41,990 nucleotides of DNA from a virus (lineage: Duplodnaviria > Caudoviricetes). The translations under genes were made by a program, and so were the position numbers. Shown piece after piece: positions 7,765-16,118 of the stretch (position 1 is its first letter; the number at the start of each line of letters is the position of its first letter). The stretch covers positions 1 through 41,990 of the IMG/VR virus record IMGVR_UViG_3300037424_000588. One strand, written 5' to 3'. Below the pieces are notes generated by a model, which did no database searches, was not told the DNA's origin, and saw nothing but the letters and a program-made list of their open reading frames with translations.

Positions 7765-10146
7765 ATGCGAGAGCTACCGCCAGCATTGGCCGCGATGGGT
7801 GCCTATCGGCAATTTATCGTTTATCTTGTTCAGCCTAGCCGCACGCGACCGGGAAAGACCGACAAATTCCCCTGCGACTTCCGCACCGGCCGTGTCGCCA
7901 ACGCCCACGACTCGCAGATATGGACGGATCACGCAACCGCCATTGCCGCCGCTGCGCAATTCGGCCCCTCATACGGCGTAGGCTTCGTCTTTACCGAAAC
8001 GGACCCCTTCTGGTTCCTCGATCTCGATGGGTGCGTATTGCCCGATGGATCCGATTGGTCCCCTCTGGCAAAGCAACTTTGCGCGGCATTCACGGGAGCG
8101 GCTGTTGAGGTAAGTCAAAGTGGCACGGGACTACATATTTTCGGCACCGGTCGACCGCCTCCGCACAGTTGCAAAAACGAGCCCTTGGGGCTGGAGTTTT
8201 ACCATAGCGGCCGATTCGCTGCCCTGACCGGGACCAACGCCATCGGCAACGCGGCGTTTGATGGGTCTGCAATACTGCCGGCGCTGGTCGCCTCCTATTT
8301 CCCTCCGGACGCCGCGCAAGCCCAGGAGCAGGGGTGGACCGAAGGGCCCTCCGTCGAATGGCGGGGACCAACAGACGATGACGAATTAATCCGCCGAGCG
8401 CTTCGATCCCGATCGACGGCGTCGGCATTCGGTGGCCGGGCTAGTTTCGCCGATCTGTGGACGGGCAATATAGAGGCCCTGGGCCGAGCGTACCCCGATG
8501 ACACGCGGGCATATAACGCTAGCCAGGCGGACGCCGCCCTAGCCCAGCATCTGGCCTTCTGGACCGGTAAAGACTGTGAGCGCATTCGGCGCTTGATGGA
8601 ACGTAGCGCATTGGTGCGCAACAAATGGGATCGGGACGACTACCTGCCCCGCACGATCACGGGAGCCGTCGGACGCCAATTTGAGGTACTGACGGACAAG
8701 GCCCCGGAGCCGGTCGCCAGTCCTCCCGAAGGCCCCGCGCCCAGCGCCACAAATGAGCCACCGCGACCCGCCATGGTTACGGGGTCCACCTTCGTCAACA
8801 ACGAAACTCAATTGGAAATGTTCGCGGGCTGCGTATATATCCGCGATCAACACCGTGTCCTGGTGCCCGGCGGAAATCTGCTGAAGCCGGAGCAATTTAA
8901 AGTCGCCTACGGCGGATATACGTTCACCATGGATGCGGCGAACGAAAAGACCACCCGCGATGCGTGGGAGGCATTCACGCAAAATCAAGCCTATCGCTGC
9001 CCTCGTGCCGATTCCCCGTGCTTCCGCCCCGACGAGCCTCCCGGCGCACTCATCCACCGGGGCGGCCAGGTGTTCGCTAATACCTATTGGCCGATTGATG
9101 TGCCACGCAAGGTGGGTGACGGGACACCCTTTCTTACTCACTTGGCCAAGGTGCTGCCGGATGAGCGCGACCGTTTCATTTTACTGTGCTATATGGCCGC
9201 GTGCGTGCAGCACAAAGGAATTAAATTTCAATGGGCGCCCCTGCTGCAGGGCGTGGAAGGTAACGGCAAAACATTATTCACCCGATGCGTGGCGGAAGCC
9301 GTGGGGCGCCGGTATGTACACTGGCCTAAAGCCTCGAAACTGGCGGCACAATTCAACTCATGGATGATCGGCAAGGTGTTTTATGGGGTAGAGGACATTT
9401 TTGTACCGGACCACAAGCGCGAAATTATCGAAGAGCTGAAACCGATGATCACCGGGGGCGATGGCCTGGAAATTGAGGGTAAGGGTGTCGATCAAATCAG
9501 CGCCGACATTTGCGGCAATTTTATGTTTAATTCGAACCATAAAGATGCCGTATTGAAGACCAATCGTGACCGCCGGTTCTGCGTCCTATTTAGCGCGCAA
9601 CAGGAGGCGGAGGATCTGGCTCGCGACGGCATGGACGGCGATTATTTCCCCAGGTTATACGACTGGCTCCGTGCCGACGGTTACGCCATTGTCTCGGAAT
9701 TGCTGTACACCTTTCCGATCCCCGACGAATTCAATCCCGCGACTGGTTGCCAGCGGGCACCGGTCACGACCAGCACCGCGGCAGCAATTAGCGCCAGTGC
9801 CGGCGGCGCGGAACAGGAGATTGCGGAAGCTGTCGCACAGGGACTGCCGGGATTCTGCGACGGGTGGATCTCGTCAATCCAACTCGATCGACTCTTGGAG
9901 CGTCTGGGCATTGCGCGTCGCATCACGCACAGCAAGCGCAAAGAAATGCTAGAGCGCTTGGGGTACGCCTATCATCCGGCCCTAGTTGATGGTCGCGTCA
10001 ATAATCTCGTGTTGCCCGATAGCGGCAAGCCTCGATTGTTTATCCTAAAAACCGCCCCCGCCCGCGCAATTCAAGGTGCCGCCGAGGCCGCGAAGGCATA
10101 CGAGCAGGCTAATAACCATAGTCGCGTCCCGTTCCCTCTATCATGA
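7765..10146 (+). CDS. Primase-polymerase (NrS-1-like) fused to an SF3/D5-like helicase
   Basis: GVGFVF..FLDLD, EVSQSGTGLHI, SQADAALAQHLAFWTG helical bundle, Walker A GVEGNGKT, motif C NFMFNSN..DRRF. Confidence 0.85.
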   Translation: MRELPPALAAMGAYRQFIVYLVQPSRTRPGKTDKFPCDFRTGRVANAHDSQIWTDHATAIAAAAQFGPSYGVGFVFTETDPFWFLDLDGCVLPDGSDWSPLAKQLCAAFTGAAVEVSQSGTGLHIFGTGRPPPHSCKNEPLGLEFYHSGRFAALTGTNAIGNAAFDGSAILPALVASYFPPDAAQAQEQGWTEGPSVEWRGPTDDDELIRRALRSRSTASAFGGRASFADLWTGNIEALGRAYPDDTRAYNASQADAALAQHLAFWTGKDCERIRRLMERSALVRNKWDRDDYLPRTITGAVGRQFEVLTDKAPEPVASPPEGPAPSATNEPPRPAMVTGSTFVNNETQLEMFAGCVYIRDQHRVLVPGGNLLKPEQFKVAYGGYTFTMDAANEKTTRDAWEAFTQNQAYRCPRADSPCFRPDEPPGALIHRGGQVFANTYWPIDVPRKVGDGTPFLTHLAKVLPDERDRFILLCYMAACVQHKGIKFQWAPLLQGVEGNGKTLFTRCVAEAVGRRYVHWPKASKLAAQFNSWMIGKVFYGVEDIFVPDHKREIIEELKPMITGGDGLEIEGKGVDQISADICGNFMFNSNHKDAVLKTNRDRRFCVLFSAQQEAEDLARDGMDGDYFPRLYDWLRADGYAIVSELLYTFPIPDEFNPATGCQRAPVTTSTAAAISASAGGAEQEIAEAVAQGLPGFCDGWISSIQLDRLLERLGIARRITHSKRKEMLERLGYAYHPALVDGRVNNLVLPDSGKPRLFILKTAPARAIQGAAEAAKAYEQANNHSRVPFPLS

Positions 10147-10343
10147 AACTCCATACCCATAAGGCCTGTTATTTTTGCGGGAAACCCAAAATTATCAGGT
10201 CAAAACCTCACGAAACCCGGAGCGGCAAGCCGATTTGTCCGGACTGCCTGGGCGAATGGGATAAATGTTTTAAAGAACCCTTGACAGAGATAAATTATTT
10301 ACCTAACCTTACGTTCGACAAGTCACTTGGAGAGGTGAAATAA
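10143..10343 (+). CDS. Small CxxC/CxxC Zn-finger protein
   Basis: CYFC and CPDC; ATGA overlap with the primase stop. Confidence 0.55.
   Translation: MKLHTHKACYFCGKPKIIRSKPHETRSGKPICPDCLGEWDKCFKEPLTEINYLPNLTFDKSLGEVK
10281..10309 (+). promoter_or_regulatory. sigma70 promoter with 19-bp operator-like spacer (copy 1)
   Basis: TTGACA-N17-TAACCT; 10287-10305 GAGATAAATTATTTACCTA. Confidence 0.65.
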
Positions 10344-10889
10344 ATGAAACTGACGACAACCCTTAATAAAATCCGCGCATGCCACCCGTGTGCGTCCGGA
10401 TGGAAAACGCTCGTTACTCATGTGGGTAAAGATTTTGATCCCGATACGGAGATCAACTTGCTTACGGTTCTGGAATCCAATGGCGTGTCGGACATGCTTT
10501 GGACCCTTCGCGCCACTATCCAAGATTCCTGGCGTGTCGCGGCACAATTAGCGATCGAATTTGCGGAACAAACGTTACCGATCTTCGAAAAACGACACCC
10601 CGACGACGGACGGCCGCGGGAAGCCATTACGGCGGCTCGCGACTATCTTGACGGAAAAATCTCACTCGAAGAATTGCGGGACTATCGCTCACGCGCCTAC
10701 GCCTACGCCGCCGCCGACGCCGCCTACGCCGCCGCCTACGCCTACGCCGCCGCCGACGCCGCCGCCGCCTACGCCGCCGCCGCCGACGCCGCCGCCGCCT
10801 ACGCCGCCGCCTACGCCGCCGCCGACGCCGCCCGAAAAGCTGTGCGAGATAAGCAGGCAGAAATTATCCGCATGATCCTGGAGGCTTGA
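10344..10889 (+). CDS. Hypothetical helical protein (Imm5-like signature) with an Ala/Tyr/Asp low-complexity tract
   Basis: GGAGAGG RBS; LPIFEKRHPDDGRPREAITAAR motif; AYAAAD repeats. Confidence 0.7.
   Translation: MKLTTTLNKIRACHPCASGWKTLVTHVGKDFDPDTEINLLTVLESNGVSDMLWTLRATIQDSWRVAAQLAIEFAEQTLPIFEKRHPDDGRPREAITAARDYLDGKISLEELRDYRSRAYAYAAADAAYAAAYAYAAADAAAAYAAAADAAAAYAAAYAAADAARKAVRDKQAEIIRMILEA
10695..10832 (+). repeat. Codon-level repeat of 46 consecutive GCC/TAC/GAC codons
   Basis: Directly visible. Confidence 0.9.
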
Positions 10890-11669
10890 GCATGGAAGAC
10901 TTTACCCGAGAATTGACCCCCGGCAATACCAAAGCAGCAATGAAGGCGGCAGGTGCTGTAAGCGCTGACCTGTGGCAGGTGGAACCCGGGCGCCTTCGAA
11001 TCCTGGAGGGCTTTAACGCCCGCGTGAAAAATGACGCCTATGCGGACCGAGTGCGTTGGATCGCCAACAGCATCAAGGCGAACGGATATTACAAGGACAA
11101 GCCGCTTACGGGTTTCGTCGCCCTTGAGGACGGCATTGAGGTAATTTACGTTACCGGCGGCCATCGTCGGCACCAGCATGGAAGACCTCACGGTCGATCT
11201 GGTCGTGGGCAACGAAGGCGAACCCCTGACCACCTACGAGCAGGCGATCGTCTGCAAGCGCCTGGCCGCATTCGGATGGGAAACCAAAGAGATCGCCCGG
11301 CGCCTCGGCTACGCATCGACGCAATACGTCGACGGCCTGTTGTCCCTGGCAGCGGCTCCGCTGGCGATCCGCAAAATGGTCATGGAGTCGATCATATCGG
11401 CCACAACGGCGATCGACGTCATCCGCAAGCACGGGGACAAGGCCACCGGCATGCTCTTGGCCGCCATGGTCAGATCCGCCGGCGGCCGTGTTACTGCAAA
11501 GAACATGCCCGGCGCTGATTTCAAGAAGGCCCTGAAGCAGCGGGCGGAACCCATGTATTCGGCTTTGAGCAAAGTACAGGCGGATCCCGGCTTCGCGGGC
11601 CTGTCCGAAGAGGTCCGGGATGTCCTGGCCAAATTGCTGGAGGATCTGAAAAATGATGGACAAGTTTAA
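10886..11669 (+). pseudogene. parB: ParB/Spo0J-like protein split by an internal deletion/frameshift near 11170
   Basis: The first frame gives FNAR...IANSIKANG...VTGGHRR; the second gives GTSMEDLTV..NEGEPLTTYEQAIVCKRL..HTH. The segment that normally links them is absent. Confidence 0.75.
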
Positions 11670-11847
11670 AGCGATACCCGCTTTTGCCATCTTCCCGCGG
11701 CGCAATCCGGACGGATCAATTACCGTTCTTCCGGTATACGACACTGACGGCAAGTGGATTGAACGCGATGAAATGATGAAGGTGGCCGAGACGGCGCAGG
11801 CTGAGATTGATCGGCAGAAGGCTTTGTTTTTTGAGAAATACATTTGA
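11653..11847 (+). CDS. Hypothetical protein
   Basis: GGAGG upstream; followed by a terminator. Confidence 0.55.
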   Translation: MMDKFKAIPAFAIFPRRNPDGSITVLPVYDTDGKWIERDEMMKVAETAQAEIDRQKALFFEKYI

Positions 11848-11856
11848 CCCCATACT

Positions 11857-11883
11857 AGCCCCGCTAACCCGGGGCTTTTTCTT
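11857..11883 (+). terminator. Rho-independent terminator
   Basis: AGCCCCG-ctaacc-CGGGGCT followed by TTTTCTT. Confidence 0.85.
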
Positions 11884-11884
11884 G

Positions 11885-11913
11885 TTGACATAGGTAAATT
11901 ATTTGACTAAACT
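11885..11913 (+). promoter_or_regulatory. sigma70 promoter with 19-bp operator-like spacer (copy 2)
   Basis: TTGACA-N17-TAAACT; 11891-11909 TAGGTAAATTATTTGACTA. Confidence 0.8.
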
Positions 11914-11968
11914 TTGCCCATGGTTTAGGCAATTCCGCCCGACCGGTTAGGCTCAGGAGATACAAGCC

Positions 11969-12214
11969 ATGAAAATCACAGTGAGCGACCCGAGGAGCAA
12001 CCTCGCAGAGGTGGAACGTCTGATCTCCGAAGTGCGGGAGCACCCTATGTGCCTGCACTGGCGGGATGATCACGGGGTCTACCTAGTCATCTATCCGGAA
12101 GGTTACTACCCCAACGGCGTGCAGGCTGCGCACAGTCAGATCGGCAAAGCCGAAGCGCTGCGCCGAATGCTGAACGCCATGGAGCGGCATTGGAAGCGGG
12201 ATCTTCTGACATGA
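11969..12214 (+). CDS. Hypothetical protein
   Basis: AGGAG RBS directly downstream of the promoter. Confidence 0.7.
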   Translation: MKITVSDPRSNLAEVERLISEVREHPMCLHWRDDHGVYLVIYPEGYYPNGVQAAHSQIGKAEALRRMLNAMERHWKRDLLT

Positions 12215-12621
12215 AGGGGAGGATAGCCCTTGTCGCGTCCCTCATGCTGCCGTCAGTCGCGGCGGCTGACGTTCTGGTACACCTAGCCAGCTATCATGTG
12301 GGGCGGCGGGCGGAACTGGCCGCCAACGGAAACTTGAATGAATTCAATCCGGGGATCGGCTATTCCGTGGGCAAGACTGAAGCAGGCTATTACCTGAACA
12401 CGGAAGGCAGAGGATCGGCTTACGTCAAACGCGATGTGCTCGACGTCGCCCCAGGCCTGTCAGCGTTCGCCGGCGTGGCCACCGGGTATCGATACGGCCC
12501 GGTGGTGCCCATTGTAGGGCTCACCTACCGCACGGGGGCCGTGGTACTGAACCTGGTCCCTGGCGTGACGGAGAGCGGCTATGTGGTGCCAACGCTCACC
12601 GCCTCCATCAAGGTGCGGTAG
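12211..12621 (+). CDS. Exported small beta-barrel protein, PagP-like
   Basis: Signal peptide ending AAA-D; SYH, NEFNPGIGY, GYYLNT..SAY, GVATGY; alternating beta-strand pattern. Confidence 0.6.
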   Translation: MKGRIALVASLMLPSVAAADVLVHLASYHVGRRAELAANGNLNEFNPGIGYSVGKTEAGYYLNTEGRGSAYVKRDVLDVAPGLSAFAGVATGYRYGPVVPIVGLTYRTGAVVLNLVPGVTESGYVVPTLTASIKVR

Positions 12622-12632
12622 GCCTGACTTTG

Positions 12633-12830
12633 CTACTTGACGCGAATGGGCAGTCCGTGCACCTTGGAGTGAATGAACGCTTGCCAGGCGCTGCGCGTTT
12701 TGTAACCGCAACCTAAGTCGAATTCATGGCCGCCGTAGATTACGTTGAACCTCTTTTTGTCAACGAGTGCGCCATCTGGTAGTTTGACCTTACCCGAAAC
12801 ATATAGGCATCCGAAAAACAAGTCTGTCAT
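12633..12830 (-). CDS. 65-aa stand-alone paralogue of an internal domain of the primase-helicase
   Basis: ATGA-coupled to the upstream gene; aligns by eye to the primase segment encoded at about 8815-8995. Confidence 0.7.
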   Translation of the reverse strand: MTDLFFGCLYVSGKVKLPDGALVDKKRFNVIYGGHEFDLGCGYKTRSAWQAFIHSKVHGLPIRVK

Positions 12831-13585
12831 TTCGCACTCCTCATGCATTCCAAACAATTACCAGTCGACACGTAGCGCCATCCAGCATGACCGCGGCGAC
12901 ACGGATCGCCCGTGCGGAATAGCGTGAACCCCAACGCCCTAGCGATTTCTTTAGGCATAACGAAATCTGGGTTTTCTTCCGCAAATATTTGACTAGGCGT
13001 GCGCCTGCCGTCGACGGCAGAGGCTTCTTTTGATGCCCCGCGGCATCCGGTGCACCCGTTGGTCACAACGTGGCGTAGGGCAACTTTCCCGCAAGTCTGA
13101 CACGCATCGGCAGGAGTGTAATAACGTTCGCCAGCCGCCCTAGCGACGGCTCTCGGCCCTTTTGTAAGCGACCTAAAGTGCGCCTTATCTTTTTCGCACT
13201 CGACACAGCGTCCGGTCACTATTGACGTTGCGCGAAGGTGCGGCCCATTAGGGCACAGTATCGGATGATTCGGGCTCCCGTAATACCAATCCATACCCAA
13301 TGTCAAAGCCTCGGTGGGCGTAGTCGCCCAGGGTGTAGGGCGACTTGGTTCCCCCTGCAGCCAAAGCGACCAAAGTGCGTTGGCGTCGATGCTCATGCAA
13401 AACGAACAACTGTCGTCTTTCAAATAGCGAGCTTTCTTACCGTCGCCCCGACCTTCAGCTTTACAACGAGAACAGCCGTCGCGGTCCATCCAACGCGTGT
13501 ACCCGTTTTTTAAAGCATCTTCTCGACTCCAAGGTAGCGTCGAATTATCTGACGTCGCCGGGTCGATAAAATTACGCTCTTTCAT
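12827..13585 (-). CDS. Protein with four Cys/His Zn-ribbon-like repeats
   Basis: TAGGA RBS; four A..G...[YWF]...Cxx[C/xH]...CxxC units. Confidence 0.75.
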   Translation of the reverse strand: MKERNFIDPATSDNSTLPWSREDALKNGYTRWMDRDGCSRCKAEGRGDGKKARYLKDDSCSFCMSIDANALWSLWLQGEPSRPTPWATTPTEALTLGMDWYYGSPNHPILCPNGPHLRATSIVTGRCVECEKDKAHFRSLTKGPRAVARAAGERYYTPADACQTCGKVALRHVVTNGCTGCRGASKEASAVDGRRTPSQIFAEENPDFVMPKEIARALGFTLFRTGDPCRRGHAGWRYVSTGNCLECMRSAK

Positions 13586-13947
13586 AGTATGTTTTCCTAA
13601 AAATTTAAACATATCATGATCTATAATCGCCGTCAATAACACCGGGCCGTCGATAGTGGGGTTTAATGAAATCAACGACTTACGCCAGTTACCTCAAACC
13701 CTGCACCACGTAAAGTCCGTATAGGGTAAACGATACGACGTTAATGTTATATATGTATGATATACATAAGTATATATTAACGTGCCATCTATATCAGCGT
13801 GTCAATATTTATAACAGGGTATAGGGGTAATATAGAGTATATAATAATACAATCAAGGGGTTAGAGTACCCTCCCCGTAATTTTAACCAAAGGGGTAATG
13901 GGGTATCGTTGCGCCTTGTGGCCGCTAAACATATACTTTGGGACATT
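13586..13947. promoter_or_regulatory. AT-rich divergent control region (candidate ori and/or packaging site) with two IHF boxes
   Basis: Leftward TTGACG-N17-TATGTT (13636-13608); rightward TTGCGC-N17-TATACT (13909-13937); WATCAANNNNTTR at 13670-13682 and 13851-13863; inverted repeat 13738-13783. Confidence 0.6.
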
Positions 13948-14685
13948 ATGCTCACCGCCCTGCAAACCAAATTCGTTCGGTATTGGTGCGAAGCCCTTGA
14001 TTTAGAGGGCAAGAAGCCGAATCAGACGGAATGCGCCATTCGCGCCGGATGCCCTCCGGCCGGGGCCCACGTGACCGCGTCGCGTTGGTTGCAGAATCCT
14101 AAAATCATCGCGGCCATCCAAGAACGCCAAGAGGAAACCGCCGCCGCAGCTGGTATAACGCCCGAGTGGGTACTACGCCAATGGCGGCAAATTGTCGAAG
14201 CCGACGACAATGAGATTACCCAAGTGCGCCGGGTGTGCTGCCGGCATTGCCATGGCTACGGGCACCTGTACCAGTGGACCGAAGCAGAGTACATGGCGGC
14301 GGTCGATCGCTCCGTGGAATCCGGCAAGCCAGCTCCCGACGGCATGGGCGGCTTCGGCTTCGACCTGAATGCAGAGCCGAATCCCGATTGCCCTGAATGC
14401 GGGGGGTTGGGTAACGAGTATGTGCACGTAGCAGACACCCGAAAACTCACCGGGAACGCAAAGCGACTTTACGCCGGCGCCCAACGAACCAAGGACGGCA
14501 TCAAGGTGTTGACCCGTGACAAGGATGCCGCTCTTGCGAACATTTCCCGATATCTGGGTATGCTGGTAGACCGCAAGGAACTTTCCGGCCCCGGCGGCGG
14601 CCCTGTCCCCGTGGCCAATATCACCGCAGACGATTTGACTGACGACCAGTTGGCGGCAATCCTGAATGCCTCTGACGAAGCGTGA
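13948..14685 (+). CDS. terS: Terminase small subunit
   Basis: LTALQTKFV...NQTECAIRAG...ASRWLQNPKI HTH; Zn-finger insert; ELSGPGGGP tail; precedes terL. Confidence 0.88.
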   Translation: MLTALQTKFVRYWCEALDLEGKKPNQTECAIRAGCPPAGAHVTASRWLQNPKIIAAIQERQEETAAAAGITPEWVLRQWRQIVEADDNEITQVRRVCCRHCHGYGHLYQWTEAEYMAAVDRSVESGKPAPDGMGGFGFDLNAEPNPDCPECGGLGNEYVHVADTRKLTGNAKRLYAGAQRTKDGIKVLTRDKDAALANISRYLGMLVDRKELSGPGGGPVPVANITADDLTDDQLAAILNASDEA

Positions 14686-16111
14686 CGCGGCGGCAGAGCT
14701 TCTGCGCCGTCGTGAGGCCCGACGCAGCCTCAGCGCCTACATCAACTATACGAACCCGAAATACAAGAACAGCGGATTTAGCGCCGCCGTATGTGCCGCG
14801 CTTGACCTGTTCATTGACGATATGGTCGCCGGCCGCCGGCCCATCCTCGTGCTGCAGGCGCCCCCTCAGCACGGCAAGTCGGAGATCGTAAGCCGTAAGC
14901 TACCCGCGTACCTGCTGGGTCGCTTTCCCGATTGGCGCGTCGGTGCCGCCAGTTACTCCGACGAACTCGCCGGCACCATGGCCCAGGATGTGCGCCGCAA
15001 TCTTGCCGCAGCGGAGCATCGCCGCCTATTCCCTCAGCCAACAGAAAAGCGCCGATACGATATCAACCGTACCGGTGAATTTACGGCGCCCGGCGGCCTG
15101 GGCGGATATCTCGGCGTTGGTGTTGGCGCAGGCCTGACGGGACGCCCGGTTGATATCGGAATCATCGACGACCCTGTCAAAAACGAAAAGGAAGCTCTGA
15201 GCCCCACCACCAAGGAGGGGCATTGGAACTGGTATCAAACCGTCTTCACGACGCGCCTGTCTGAGCACTCCGGGCAGATCATCATGGCCACGAGCTGGGC
15301 CGAAGACGATTTGCCCGCCCGGATTTGCAACCACTTCAAGGGCGACCCGCGGCTGACTGTGCTGCGCTTTCCTGCCATTAACTTGCCCGGGGAAGTCGGC
15401 TACAACCCGAATTTGCCGGAAGGGCCGCTAGTTCCCGAACTGAAGAGCCTGGAGTTTCTGCACGAGGTCAAAAGCTTATTTTCTGACTACTGGTGGGCAG
15501 CGCTCTACCAGCAGTCGCCGCGGGCGCTGGGCGGTAACGTCTTCAAAGAAACGGGCCTGCGCTACTACCTGCTGAAGGACTTGCCGGCTAAATTTGAAAA
15601 AATCATCGCCTCGTGGGACTGCACGTTCAAAGACACCGACGGAACTGACTTCGTCGTCGGCCAGGTCTGGGGCAAGGCGGGCGCCAATTGCTATCTGTTG
15701 GCCCAGGTCCGCGCCCGCATGTCCTTTACCAAGACGGTTGCCGAGGTGGTATCGCTGCGCGAGATGTGGCCCCGGACCCGCGAGATCCTGATTGAGGACA
15801 AGGCCAACGGTCCGGCGGTCATCGACACCCTGAAGGCCAGCGTTCCGGGTATCATCCCGATCGAGCCCGACGGCTCCAAGCTGGCCCGGGCGCATGCGGT
15901 CACCAGTTACTGGGAGGCGGGCAACGTGTGGCTGCCGCACCCGGACCTTTTCCCATGGGTCAAGGAACTGGTCGCGGAGTTGACAGCGTTCCCCGCCGCA
16001 GCCAATGATGACCAAGTCGACGCCCTTACCCAAGCGTTGCGCCGGCTCTATCCGCTGTTCAACCGCCTCAAGATCAGCCAAGCGGCACTTGATAAGGCCA
16101 TGGGGAGATAG
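14666..16111 (+). CDS. terL: Terminase large subunit
   Basis: PPQHGKS, IIDDPVK, SWD, IEDKANG, DDQVDA. Confidence 0.95.
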   Translation: MPLTKRDAAAELLRRREARRSLSAYINYTNPKYKNSGFSAAVCAALDLFIDDMVAGRRPILVLQAPPQHGKSEIVSRKLPAYLLGRFPDWRVGAASYSDELAGTMAQDVRRNLAAAEHRRLFPQPTEKRRYDINRTGEFTAPGGLGGYLGVGVGAGLTGRPVDIGIIDDPVKNEKEALSPTTKEGHWNWYQTVFTTRLSEHSGQIIMATSWAEDDLPARICNHFKGDPRLTVLRFPAINLPGEVGYNPNLPEGPLVPELKSLEFLHEVKSLFSDYWWAALYQQSPRALGGNVFKETGLRYYLLKDLPAKFEKIIASWDCTFKDTDGTDFVVGQVWGKAGANCYLLAQVRARMSFTKTVAEVVSLREMWPRTREILIEDKANGPAVIDTLKASVPGIIPIEPDGSKLARAHAVTSYWEAGNVWLPHPDLFPWVKELVAELTAFPAAANDDQVDALTQALRRLYPLFNRLKISQAALDKAMGR

Positions 16112-16118
16112 GCGTACA

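Noticed and set aside
10561-10875. Pro/Thr-rich alternative-frame ORF (PPPTPPP)
   Set aside because: Frame-shifted reading of the GCC/TAC/GAC tract; no RBS
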